A stretch of DNA of 64,000 nt from Octopus bimaculoides (lineage: Eukaryota): NCBI RefSeq assembly GCF_001194135.2, contig NC_068992.1, positions 33,282,243-33,346,242 of the forward strand, given 5' to 3'. A model generated the notes under the pieces. That model saw only the letters and a program-made list of their open reading frames with translations, did not search any database and had not been told where the DNA came from. Numbering within the stretch: position 1 is the first letter of the stretch; every line of letters begins with the position of its first letter. This document shows, piece by piece, positions 1 to 11,601 of the stretch. The translations under genes and the position numbers were made by a program.

Positions 1-414
1 TTATAAAATGAGGATATAATCATAAAATGATTATATCAGTGGCTTATCACTTAAAATGACCGTATAGGTAACATTAATTTTTTTTTTTTTACATATATAA
101 CTATATAGTTAAGAGCTACTGAAAATGACCATCACCAATGCTAGAAATATTAATGGTTTATTCTACTGAAGATCACAGAACAATTTTTTTGCAGAGCATG
201 AAATCTTGACGTATAGAATTATCCAACATCTTTTTGTATTTTCTTGCTCATTCCCTCACGTTTGTTCCTATGGCTGAATATAGAGAACAAATTGTAGAGT
301 GGATTGTAGGTATTTGACTCCTATTTCTAGCATTGGCGATGGTCATTTCCAGTAGCCCTTAACTATAATTATATCTTTATAACTATATACATAATATCAA
401 TAAATCTCATATAT

Positions 415-863
415 ATGTGTCTTGCAAACAACTTGCACATGCAAGTGCTACCAGTCAAAAATTCCGCATACCGGAAGCCAGCAAGTGTATGGGGTCATCA
501 GGAGAGAATGCGCGCCGTTTCGGGGCCTACCTCTCGACGGCATCAATGCGCACCGGCCTCCCTCACTGATATGAGGCCCCGCTTCCTAGATCAACTGATT
601 ATTAAACAAAGCTCAATATTTCTCTAGCCATCGCACATCGTCTCTTTTTAACCAAATCCAGTGGCTAGCCTTCTCCACTGTAGTTTGGATATCGGTAATG
701 GTGGTATTTACCTTCCGATGAGTTAGGCCTAACGATAACAGCAGTCGTTTCACACTGTTTCCTACAAATCCTCTACATCCGACTTCGATTGGCAAATGCT
801 CCTCTTTCCAGCCTGCGTCTTCACATTTCTCGAGGAGGTTTTCATAACGGTCCATCTTCCTCA
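415..863 (-). mobile_element. 5'-truncated HERO-like non-LTR retrotransposon (REL endonuclease C-terminus plus structured 3' UTR)
   Basis: ORF 613..963(-) C-terminal part RKMDRYENLLEKCEDAGWKEEHLPIEVGCRGFVGNSV...TTVEKASHWIWLKRDD matches the KY...PIEVGCRGF...EKASxWxWxKR signature of HERO-clade elements. The 3' UTR is CpG-rich and ends at a (TA)n run near 415. Confidence 0.8.
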
Positions 864-1309
864 ACATTTTGATAGTAGTAAAATACCCCCACCTATAAGA
901 GTGTTTGCCACTCTGACCAGAGAATCCTTTATAACCATATCTTTTATAGCCTTGTCCATGCATAATGCTTACACCTTCCCTTTCCTTAGAAATGATTGTC
1001 CCTCATACTATTACTACTAGATAAGAGACAATAAAATCAGAGACAGTTTAGAATTTTTGGCTAGAACCAATTACTAGCCTGATAGACTTGGCTATGTCAA
1101 GATGGATTTTTATGTACTCTTCCTCCCACTTGGATTTGAAATGTTGCCACAATTATAATATGTCTGTTCTACTGTGATTTTCTGCATTTTCCTGCAGCTG
1201 AAGATTGCTCTACATATTGCATCTAATGTAATGCTTGCATTACTTAAATAAATGGAGTAGCATGAAACGTGCGTACTGCAATCATCTTTTTAATCCGTGT
1301 TGCTTATTT

Positions 1310-1311
1310 TG

Positions 1312-1367
<56 letters not shown>

Positions 1368-1380
1368 ATATATATATATA
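1310..1380. repeat. (TA)n microsatellite
   Basis: Direct read of the sequence. Confidence 0.98.
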
Positions 1381-1972
1381 TGGATGTGCTGTGTCAATGT
1401 ACATGTACAACAGAGCACTAATGTATTGAGAGGAAAGTTAGGTATAAGAAGAATTATATGCAGTGTGCAAGAGGCGGGACTGCACTGATTTGGTCATGTG
1501 AAGCAGATAGTTGAGGACAGTTGTCTAAAGATGTGCTGATCACTTAAAAAAAAGGGAAAGTTGTGGAGGGGGACCCAGGAAGACAAAGAATGAAATACTA
1601 AAGGCCAATTTCCAAACATTGAGACTTATGAAGGAGAGTGTAGAGGACCAAGATATGTAGTGCATTGCTCTGTACTCATGAAGACCCATCCACCACAACA
1701 GAAATGATATTCTAAAACCAAGATGACATTTAAAAAGCATTAGTATTGTTGCTGGTGCCAAGTAAAAAAGCACTCATGCCAGTGTCACATAAAAATCACT
1801 GGTAAATGGTACCATGTAAAAAGCACCCAGTACACTCCGTATAGTGGTCGGTGTTAGGAAATCAAGCCAAAACAGACTATGGAACTTAGTGTTGCCCCTG
1901 GCCTTGCCAGTTCCTATCAAGCTGTCCAACTCATGCCAGCATGGAAAACAGTCACTAAATGATGATGATTGA
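1381..1972 (+). mobile_element. RTE-clade LINE 3' fragment with (GAT)n tail
   Basis: Decayed LRGKLGIRRI...VQE..L.WFGHV coding end, plus a 3' UTR shared with copies at 9.9, 29.9, 35 and 36 kb (ccaactcatgccagcatggaaaac...gatgatgat). Confidence 0.75.
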
Positions 1973-2180
1973 TGTGTGTGTGTGTGTGTGTGTATGTGTA
2001 AATACAAATATATAAGCTCGCACACATGTGCATGTTTGATAGCCTAAAGACTTGTGCAATTTTTCCATGTAAGAAAACTGCCATTGGTTGCTCATATTGG
2101 TTTCAGGTGATGAAAATAAATTAATCCATCACTTTACAGTACTGAATACATTTTTATTGCAATATTTATTAGTAAGTGTA

Positions 2181-2395
2181 AGGTGGTGAACTGGCAGAAA
2201 CATTAGTATTCCAGGCAAAATGTTTAGTGGTATTACATCTGTTATTTCGTTCTGAGTTCAAATTCCGCCGAGGTTGACTTTGCCTTTCATCCTTTCAGGT
2301 CAATAAATTAAGTACCAGTTGCGTACTGAGGTGAATCTAATCGATTGGCTCCCACTGCCAAAATTTCAGGCCTTGTGCCTAGAGTAGAGAGAATA
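2181..2395 (+). mobile_element. tRNA-derived SINE, family A (Nin-domain-like core)
   Basis: Head ggtggtgaactggcagaa, B-box ctgagttcaaattcc, core gaggttgactttgcctttcatcctttc...aagtaccag. Confidence 0.85.
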
Positions 2396-5125
2396 GTTAG
2401 TAAGTGTGTGTATGCACATGTGTGTATTTGTGTGCATGTGTGTCCAATATAATGAGAAATAAGTTAAAAAGAGAAAAGTGCATTTCCTATTGGAAATGAT
2501 TTGGCGAGGTTTGCCAGAACTTGCCATATCTTAGAATAATTCTCCCTCCAGATACATTTAAAGGTAAAATAAAATTTGGTGAGTCATTTATTTGTTTGAA
2601 TAATAATGTGATCATACAACCATGTTTACTTTGTATGCAGCAAAGGAAAGGAAATTGTCAATTCTGAATGTCACTCTACGAAAGACTTTTAAAGTCAGGT
2701 GCTGTCTGAGAGAAGAGTCAAATATAATAAATAATATTTGCTAAGTCAATTTAACGCATACATACAAGAAAATTATTTGGTGTATTAGGTAAAGAGGAAT
2801 TACTAGTTATGTGTGGTGTTGGAAGGTGGCAGGTCACATATAGAAAGAGATGCAATAACAACATGAAATTTCAGTTCCTAGCTGGTGCACATTAAAGAGA
2901 CAGGATGAAGTCATTTGAATAAAGCAATATAAAAGACAATTTTCCAGCATTATACACTAAATGTTTCTTGTCACTTCTCTATAGTGATGAGTGTCAGTTT
3001 TGGTGAACATTTCAGCTCAGAATATTTCTCTACTTTAGTATGACCTAGTTGAAAAACCAATGATTTTAGCTTTAATTTTAAAACACCTCTCCATAAAATA
3101 CTGTTTGCATTGAGAGCAAAACAAACATTGACAAGTATATATACCAAGTGCACATGTTTGTAAATTACAGCTAGACACACACATAAACATACAAGGATGC
3201 AAACATTCGCTCATACAGACACACACACAAATACATAGACACAAATGCATGTACACACATTCAAGAAAATATAGATTAACTTAAAATGTGTCTACAGTTT
3301 GTCCTTTACATCTTCAGTAATTTTCTTTAGACAGAGATTAAGATGAGAACCAAGACAATAAATTACATACATTAAACAAATCTAAAAACATTGAAACTTT
3401 TTACAGCATAGATATTTTAATGCATTGCTAAGACTTCTTTCAACAAAAGATTGAGAGCACTTATAAGGTATCTTTTTAGAACTAACATTTAGAGAAATGA
3501 AATACAGTATTCCTACCAAAACTAGGAATAATTACCCAGAGCAAGTGATAGGACTTAGCTTCATAATTAGAACTACATTGAAAACACATCAAAATGCAAG
3601 ATATTGGACGATTATAACAGTGTAAAGACAACATGATAGAGAATATCTTTAAAAAACAAATAGCAAAAATTGAATAAGTCTGACTAATAACTATTATGAA
3701 TAGAGAAGAACCAAAATGGCTCACAAGAATGATACTACCATAGACGTCAGTTGTGACTAGGCTAACAGAGGCCAGACCTACCATTGCGCATGAGGTTAAT
3801 TGATGATATATTAGCAGAGATTAAAGTTTGTAGGGAATCATTGTTCAGTCACCAGGTACAGTAACTCAGTGACCTGGAGATCATAGGAAATGACAATTGA
3901 TTTTTTTTTCTGAATTAATAGAATATATGTGTGTGTGTGTGTGTGTAAATGTGGACAAAACACATGCATACATTCAATGAATAAAAATAAATAAATNNNN
4001 NNNNNNNNNNNNNNNNNNNNNNNNNNNNNNNNNNNNNNNNNNNNNNNNNNNNNNNNNNNNNNNNNNNNNNNNNNNNNNNNNNNNNNNNNNNNNNNNNNNN
4101 NNNNNNNNNNNNNNNNNNNNNNNNNNNNNNNNNNNNNNNNNNNNNNNNNNNNNNNNNNNNNNNNNNNNNNNNNNNNNNNNNNNNNNNNNNNNNNNNNNNN
4201 NNNNNNNNNNNNNNNNNNNNNNNNNNNNNNNNNNNNNNNNNNNNNNNNNNNNNNNNNNNNNNNNNNNNNNNNNNNNNNNNNNNNNNNNNNNNNNNNNNNN
4301 NNNNNNNNNNNNNNNNNNNNNNNNNNNNNNNNNNNNNNNNNNNNNNNNNNNNNNNNNNNNNNNNNNNNNNNNNNNNNNNNNNNNNNNNNNNNNNNNNNNN
4401 NNNNNNNNNNNNNNNNNNNNNNNNNNNNNNNNNNNNNNNNNNNNNNNNNNNNNNNNNNNNNNNNNNNNNNNNNNNNNNNNNNNNNNNNNNNNNNNNNNNN
4501 NNNNNNNNNNNNNNNNNNNNNNNNNNNNNNNNNNNNNNNNNNNNNNNNNNNNNNNNNNNNNNNNNNNNNNNNNNNNNNNNNNNNNNNNNNNNNNNNNNNN
4601 NNNNNNNNNNNNNNNNNNNNNNNNNNNNNNNNNNNNNNNNNNNNNNNNNNNNNNNNNNNNNNNNNNNNNNNNNNNNNNNNNNNNNNNNNNNNNNNNNNNN
4701 NNNNNNNNNNNNNNNNNNNNNNNNNNNNNNNNNNNNNNNNNNNNNNNNNNNNNNNNNNNNNNNNNNNNNNNNNNNNNNNNNNNNNNNNNNNNNNNNNNNN
4801 NNNNNNNNNNNNNNNNNNNNNNNNNNNNNNNNNNNNNNNNNNNNNNNNNNNNNNNNNNNNNNNNNNNNNNNNNNNNNNNNNNNNNNNNNNNNNNNNNNNN
4901 NNNNNNNNNNNNNNNNNNNNNNNNNNNNNNNNNNNNNNNNATATATATATATATATATATATAAATACATATGTAAATTTTTTGAACTAATAGGTAAATG
5001 TCAATTAGTGTGTTGAGTAAATGAGTAAAGTACATTCACAGTTTGGGCTACCTGGTGTCATCCATGGTTGGAGTATATTTCTGCTAGATCTACTTGAGGA
5101 ATTCCACAATATTAGTTATGATAGT

Positions 5126-5510
5126 AATAAATGATGAAGGAGACGGAAGATATGTCTGGCACTAGTCTTTATTCAGTATGACAATCATTTCAACTCATCC
5201 TCAAAATTATCCGTTATGGGCAGTATTTTGAGCATCTAATAATGTTGCCTCAATCTGTGCAGTTTGTGTCATATCAGGTAGATACTAAAAGAGGATGCCC
5301 CACTAGATATACTGAGATGACCTACGTATGTTGCTCATGCCTGCTGCATCTTGATCAAAGCTTGATGCAATACAAGCTGCACAGATTGATGCAGCACAAT
5401 TAGATGCATAAAATCCTACCCATAACAGAGAGTTTCAGGATGAGACAAAACGATCATCATACTGAATAAAGACTAGTGCGAAATATATCTTCCATTTCCT
5501 TTATCAATTA

Positions 5511-5512
<2 letters not shown>
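5126..5512. repeat. Fold-back (long inverted repeat) element with ~145-bp arms
   Basis: gaaggagacggaagatat...cactagtctttattcagtatga...ctgtgcag is matched by its reverse complement ctgcacag...tcatactgaataaagactagtg...atatcttccatttcctt. Confidence 0.85.
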
Positions 5513-5542
<30 letters not shown>

Positions 5543-6097
5543 GAGTGAGAGAGCAGTGCCTGCTATCAAAGTGACACTGGGGTAAAATATACAAAGCCCA
5601 TTATACCCAGCATGACTACCCGTCTGATAAGGGTACACCAGGCACATGCATCACAACCACATGTGCACGACATGGTGATATCATATCAAGATAAACAGTG
5701 CATGACCTCGCAGGTGGGGCCCAGTTAGAATTTTCTTCTGGTTGACTAGCCCATCCCACTCAAAAGGTCCCTGAATAAGGTTTGTTTAAGGATGTTGAAC
5801 AAAACACCCATGTTTACAAAGGTGAATTATTCAAACCCCAAAGAATTCCTCTCAACACATGGCTATGATGCTCCCCCACTACTTCTGCTCAGGATCAGAG
5901 ATGCACATATCGTCAGCCACCAAGGGGCATGCTCAACTGGTTAAGGTCAAACAACTGACAAGCAAATCTGTGGTATTAAACAGAATATCTGCTGTAGCCC
6001 ATCTTTTTATACCAAGACAAAACAATGTACATGATAACACTTCCAATCAATTAAAATCAGAAGCCATGAGAGCCACTGCCTGGTACTGCATCCGGGC
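5543..6097. mobile_element. ~550-bp interspersed repeat flanked by (ATT)n on both sides; second copy at 48543-48960
   Basis: gagtgagagagcagtg...catcacaaccac...aaggtccctgaat...ggctatgatgctc recurs at 48543-48960, also next to (ATT)n. Confidence 0.8.
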
Positions 6098-6159
6098 TAT
6101 TATTATCATCATTATTATTATTATCATATTAGCATATAGAATATTGGGTTAAAAACATT

Positions 6160-6245
6160 CTTACTGTGGTATAATGGTTAGAATGCCTGTCAGATTCCCA
6201 GAAGATGTAGGTTTGAGTCCCACTGGCTGCCATTCACTTTTTTTT
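6160..6245 (+). pseudogene. tRNA-like pseudogene or isolated SINE head
   Basis: A-box TGGTATAATGG (6167-6177), B-box GGTTTGAGTCC (6210-6220), 3' end GGCTGCCA and a T8 run (Pol III terminator-like). The acceptor and anticodon stems are damaged. Confidence 0.5.
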
Positions 6246-6397
6246 CATCCAAAAAGTTTTTAACTCAATATTCTACACACTGTTATGTATAGCTTTATTT
6301 GTTTTGAGTTCCACCATCAGAAATAGTTTACTTCATATCTCCCAGAGTTTCTAAATTCTTATATTGTTAACATCTTACAATTGTCACTGGTAATCTT

Positions 6398-6761
6398 TCC
6401 CCTTTTACTTGCTTCAGTCATTTGACTGTGGCCAGGTTTTAGCTGAACAAATCGACCCCAGGGTTTTTTTAAGCCTAGTACTTACTCTATCGGTGTCTTT
6501 TGCTAAACCACTAAATTACAGGTGTAAACATGCCAACACCAGTTGTCAAGCAGCGGTGGGTGACAAACACAGACACATGCATACTCACACACACACACAC
6601 ACACACATACACATACACATATATTCCATCTATCAAATCCACTTACAAGGGTTTGGTTGTCCCAAGAGTACAGGAGAAGACACTTGCCCAAAGTGCCACA
6701 CAATCGGATTGAACCCAATACGATATGGTTGGGAAGCAAACTTCTTACCACTCAGTCATGC
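6398..6761 (-). mobile_element. tRNA-derived CORE-type SINE, family B
   Basis: Reverse complement of the family-B consensus seen intact at 42348-42756. Confidence 0.85.
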
Positions 6762-7055
6762 TAGCAGCTTCTTACCACACAGCCAACAAAATTTGGAGTG
6801 TTGCTTTGGTATATTAGTTAAAGCATTCATCATGTTTGCAGAAGATGTTGATCGAAGTTCTATAGGTGGCATTCAAACTTTTCCCATCTAAGGAGTTTTT
6901 AAACCCAGTATTCCATATTATTATTAATAGCTTTATGTTAGGTAACAATCTGGCAGAATTGTTAACATGCCGAGCAAAATACTTTATGTTCTGAGTTCAA
7001 ATATCTCCAAAGTCGACTTTGCCTTTAATCTTTTTATGGTCAATAAAATAAGTAT

Positions 7056-7285
7056 CAGTTCTATATTCAAGAGATGAGCAATTATGTACATTATTTACAT
7101 TTGACGGATATTTGTCCTCATCTTGTTTGTTGTTAACATGTTTCAGCTGATATACCCTCCAGACTTCATCGGGTGTCTTGGGGAAATTTTGAACCTTGGG
7201 TGTCATTCCTAAGGTATTTTTCGATGATCCTCTTCTTCTTCTTCTTCTTCTTCTTCTTTGTCTTCTTCTTCTTCTTCTTCTTCTT

Positions 7286-7368
<83 letters not shown>

Positions 7369-7459
7369 CCACTATGCCATATGCTCACAGGAATATGACA
7401 TAGTGGTTAAGAGTGCTGGTTACTAACCCCAAGATTCTGAGTTCGATTCCAGTCAGTGA

Positions 7460-7513
<54 letters not shown>

Positions 7514-7684
7514 TGATGAAAAGAAGAAGAAGATCGAAAAATACCTTAGGAATGAGAACCAAGGTTCAAAATTTCCCCCAAGACACCTGATGAAGTCTGG
7601 CGGGTATATCAGCTGAAACGTTGTCCTAACAACAAACAAGATGAGGACAAATATCCATCAAATGTAAATAATATAAATAATGTA
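7056..7684. mobile_element. Palindromic Penelope-like terminal-repeat pair, each arm with a minimal hammerhead remnant
   Basis: 7086-7235 is the reverse complement of about 7530-7684, and the arms continue through (CTT)n(ATT)n versus (AAT)n(AAG)n. Right arm: GACAC-CTGATGA(7587-7593)-stem-GAAACGTT(7615-7622). Left arm: CCGATGA (7166-7172, minus strand). Confidence 0.75.
7393..7462 (+). ncRNA. tRNA-derived Pol III head at the centre of the palindrome
   Basis: A-box-like GACATAGTGG-TTAAG and B-box GAGTTCGATTCC; anticodon-arm-like ggttactaacc. Confidence 0.6.
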
Positions 7685-8420
7685 AATAAGTACCAATTAC
7701 ATCAACTGGGGTTGATGCAATTGACATACCCCTCTCCCCAAATTGTTGGCCTTGTGCCAGAATTTGAAACCATTATTAATAGCTATATCTACTTTGAGTT
7801 CTACCATTAAAAATAACTGGTTTTAGATACATATAACTTGCAGAATTGCTAATGAAATCAAAACAATCCACAAAAATACAAGAACAGATTTGGGTAACCT
7901 GAGTAAACAAAATGAATATGTGAACGTATTAAACATCATTGTTATAGATTTCTCTTTTTAAAAGCTGAAGAGGCTAAGTTTTTTTAAGTTATTACACTAG
8001 CATTGTAAAAAAGGAAACTTCCTAAAAACATATATATATTTGAAAGTAATAGCAAATTGAAAATTCATTTTGAAACACGCCTACACACATGCATACACAC
8101 ACACACATTTTGAAATTACTTTCCAATACTTTTTAAATTTGAAATTACATTCTAATATTTTTTTTATAAGAAATGTTTTATGATGCTTGTGTAATAATTT
8201 CAAAAAATTAGTCTCTTCAATTAAAAAGAGAAATCCGTAATAATAACACTTAATACATTTACATATTTGCTTTTTTCTATTCAGGAAACCCAAGTTTATT
8301 TTTGTATTTTCTCAGATTGTTTTAGTTTCATTAGCAATCCTGCAGTTATATGTATCTAGCCAAAGATCACCATATAATTTACTTCTATCTCTTGAAGTTT
8401 TTTAATTCTTATTTTGCTTC

Positions 8421-8793
8421 CTAGTCACATAGTTTGAGGTTCAGTCCCGCTGCATGGCACCTTGAACAAGTGTCTTCTACTATAGTCACATACTGACCAA
8501 AGCCTTGTGAATGGATTTCGTAGACAAAAACTGAAAATATCTATCGTATATATGTATATATCTGTGTGTGTGTCTTTGTGCCTGTGTTTGTCCCCTAACA
8601 CTGCTTGACAAACCATGTTGGTGAGTTTACATCACCGTAACTTTGTGGTTCAACAAAAGCACCGGATAATGTAAATACTAGGTTAAACAAAATATTAAGT
8701 CTCAGGGTCAATTTGTTTGACTAAACCCCTTCAAGGTGGTGCTCCAGCATGGCTGCAGTCAAATGACTGAAACCAGTAAAAGAATAAAAGAAT
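8421..8793 (+). mobile_element. Family-B SINE, 5'-truncated
   Basis: ggttcagtccc...ggcaccttgaacaagtgtcttctactatag...ggtgctccagcatggc...gtaaaagaataaaag. Confidence 0.85.
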
Positions 8794-8985
8794 AATCATC
8801 TTGCAATTCCTGTTGGTAAGAACAGACTTTCTGAAATAGATGAAGAAAACTAAAGGTTTGCTTTGGTTTACTTGTTTAAATTTACTGAACATATGGGTTT
8901 GATTCCTATGGGAAGCTTTTGACTTTTTTCCATCCAGTGGAATCTTCAATCAAATATTCTACATGGTATTATTAATAGCTTTATT

Positions 8986-9165
8986 AAGGCAGTGAGCTGG
9001 CAGAATCATTACCACAGTTTTACATTTTGAGTTGAAATGCCACTGAGGTCAACTTTGTCCTTTTGGAGGTGATAAAATAAGTACCAGTTGAGCATTGAAG
9101 TTGATGTAATTGACTTACCCTTTCCCACAAAATTACTAGCCTTGCACCAAAATTTGAGACCATTA
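8986..9165 (+). mobile_element. Family-A SINE
   Basis: aaggcagtgagctggcagaatc...gaggtcaactttg...aagtaccagttgagc. Confidence 0.75.
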
Positions 9166-9787
9166 TTAATAGCTTTACCCCCTTTGAGAGTTCTACCTTT
9201 AAAGATAATTTATTACACACATGCACACATATGTACATACATATATACATACACACATGTATGTACACATACTCTACACAAACACAGTGATACCTGATAG
9301 TAGAACACACAGTTTAGCCCTCTAATAAGCTTATGATGTGAGAAACAATGGAGTGGAATGACAAATTTGATAAATTAGTTGATAAGAAGTTAATAGATTT
9401 CTAGTTCAAATCTGGGGAACACATATATTTGTTTTTAATTTGCGTAGAACACTTAATTTTGTTGGTTCACTGAATTGGCAGGACCAGAAACTAGGTCTTC
9501 TTTTAATGCTTTTTATATCAATCTGTTGGAACTCTCACTTGTTTTGCAATAGAAAACTTCATTTTAAAGTATTTATCTTTAAGTTAAAATCCACTATCAT
9601 AATTCTATGTGAAGAACATTTGCTTAATTCATGTTCCAATAATAAAGTTAGTTATTTAACAAAATTTCACTTTTCAAAGTTGATTGAAACAGTATCATGG
9701 CAATAGATATCTTAAACATTTCTAGAAACTATTGATAGAATGATATCTTATCCAAAGATATGTTCATCTCAGTGGATAAGTTCAGCA

Positions 9788-10863
9788 CAATGGTTCTCAA
9801 TCATTTTTCACCTGTGAAACATTTTGATTCCTATTTTTTGGATGGACCTCATAGTGATTTGATGCTTTAAAAACCCTCTTATCATCATCATCATCATCAT
9901 CATCGTTTAACGTCCGCTTTCCATGCTAGCATGGGTTGGACGATTTGACTGAGGACTGGTGAAACCGGATGGCAACACCAGGCTCCAGTCTGATTTGGCA
10001 AAGTTTCTACAGCTGGATGCCCTTCCTAACGCCAACCACTCAGAGAGTGTAGTGGGTGCTTTTACGTGTCACCCGCACGAAAACGGCCATGCTCGAAATN
10101 NNNNNNNNNNNNNNNNNNNNNNNNNNNNNNNNNNNNNNNNNNNNNNNNNNNNNNNNNNNNNNNNNNNNNNNNNNNNNNNNNNNNNNNNNNNNNNNNNNNN
10201 NNNNNNNNNNNNNNNNNNNNNNNNNNNNNNNNNNNNNNNNNNNNNNNNNNNNNNNNNNNNNNNNNNNNNNNNNNNNNNNNNNNNNNNNNNNNNNNNNNNN
10301 NNNNNNNNNNNNNNNNNNNNNNNNNNNNNNNNCAGTCAGGCGGTACTGGCAACGGCCACGCTCAAAATGGTGCATCTCATGTGCCACCCGCACAAGAACC
10401 AGTCCAGGGGCACTGGCAACGATCTTACTTGGCTTGCCGGGTCTTCTCACGCACAGCACATTTCCAAAGGTCTCGGTCAGTAGTCATCGCCTCGGTGAGG
10501 CCCAATGTACGAAGGTCTTGCCTCACCACCTCAGCCCAGGTCTTCCTGGGCCTACCTCTTCCACGGGTTCCCTCAACTGTTAGGGTGTGGCACTTTTTCA
10601 CGCAGCTATCCTCCTCCATTCTCACCACATGTCCATACCAGCGCAATCGTCTCTCTTGCACGCCACAACTGATGCTTCTAATGTTCAGCTTTTTTATGTT
10701 TTTAGAATTAAATATTAGAAATTGAACAAAAATTTAAAAAAAACTTTTTTGTGTATTTTACAAGTATAACCAATTTATTGCACATAAATTCTAACTACAA
10801 AATTTTATATGGATCCCCACCTCCTGCATCATGAGTCATATAGACCCTGATTGTGAACCACTG
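9788..10863. mobile_element. hAT-type MITE interrupted by an RTE fragment
   Basis: Termini CAATGGTTCTCAATC and GATTGTGAACCACTG are imperfect TIRs. The flanking 8-mers gttcagca and atttagca (6/8) are TSD-like. Confidence 0.55.
9888..10690 (-). mobile_element. RTE-clade LINE 3' fragment (contains an N-gap)
   Basis: ORF 10425..10661(-) QERRLRWYGHVVRM...GRGRPRKTW...DRDLWK is the typical RTE C-terminus; it is followed by the 3' UTR and a (GAT)n tail. Confidence 0.9.
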
Positions 10864-11303
10864 ATTTAGCATCATAAAATTTCAGCTAAATACCAACATT
10901 TATAAATTTCAGTAAGCTAAATAAAACATTTACCTACGAACTGTTGCTGTTGATTATCTTTGAATTATCCCTGACTAAACAAAAGATTTTCATGACCACC
11001 TGTGTCATTTTCCTGGATATTATATGCTGGCAAAACTGCATTGTCTAATATTTCCAATTTTCTTTCGACAGGCTGCAGAGTAGAATTTGATAGAGATTTG
11101 GATGCAATTTGCAGTGAACCAAACAACTGCACAAGAGCTCTTTGATTGGTCTGTTACTGATAAGTCAATTTAGATATGTAATTGTTTATTAAGATTGTAG
11201 TCTCTGGGTAAACCAAATATAGTTGATAGTGTTATTAAACCATCTTTATGTTTATTTCTCATGGAAGATGTTAGAATTGTACAAATACGAGTATCCCCTA
11301 TAT

Positions 11304-11601
11304 CAGTGATTCTTAAACTGTTGGATGTGGCATACCGGCAGTTTTTTCCAATGTGCTAGAGACCAGTAATATTTCTTAGCAATATTAATTCATGCCGGAA
11401 ACAATATGTATAATGAATATAATAAAAGGTGACAATATTTTTAATCTTATATTTATTTTGTAAACAAATAATACAATATTACATAAGCATTTTCTAAGCA
11501 TTTTATAATATTTCTTTCTTTTCTGGAAACTTGCCATGTACTGGTAGCTGATGGCTTGCAGATCAGCACTGGTCCACGGACCACCACTTTGAGTAGCACT
11601 G
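11304..11601. mobile_element. hAT (Charlie-like) MITE
   Basis: TIRs CAGTGATTCTTAAACTG and CACTTTGAGTAGCACTG; 8-bp TSD ccctatat / tcctatat (7/8). Confidence 0.75.

Larger units (their letters stand above)
6940..7775 (+). mobile_element. Family-A SINE split by a palindromic insertion (halves 6940-7060 and 7684-7775)
   Basis: The SINE core stops at aaataagtatcagtt (7046-7060) and resumes at aaataagtaccaatt (7684-7698), then continues ctggggttgatgcaattg...ggccttgtgcc. Confidence 0.75.

Noticed and set aside
864-963. N-terminal Gly/Tyr-rich part of ORF 613..963
   Set aside because: It lies upstream of the apparent 5' truncation point of the HERO-like element; this is a fortuitous read-through into flanking DNA.
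3915-5035. Long ORFs of 140-350 aa in the ORF track here and at about 10.0, 29.7, 34.3, 36.3, 58.7 and 62.4-63.3 kb
   Set aside because: They are almost entirely X residues from scaffold N-gaps.
5275-5365. CTAAAAGA...GAGAT in the spacer of the 5.1-kb fold-back as a hammerhead
   Set aside because: Both core segments are mutated and no supporting stems are present.
6160-6245. Functional tRNA gene
   Set aside because: The acceptor and anticodon stems do not pair properly, so it is kept only as a pseudogene or SINE head.
7166-7639. Poly-N/K/F/L/I ORFs (also poly-D/M/T at 46.0 kb, MYVC repeats at 15.9 kb, Asn/Thr-rich ORFs at 54.2 kb)
   Set aside because: They are translations of stop-free microsatellites.
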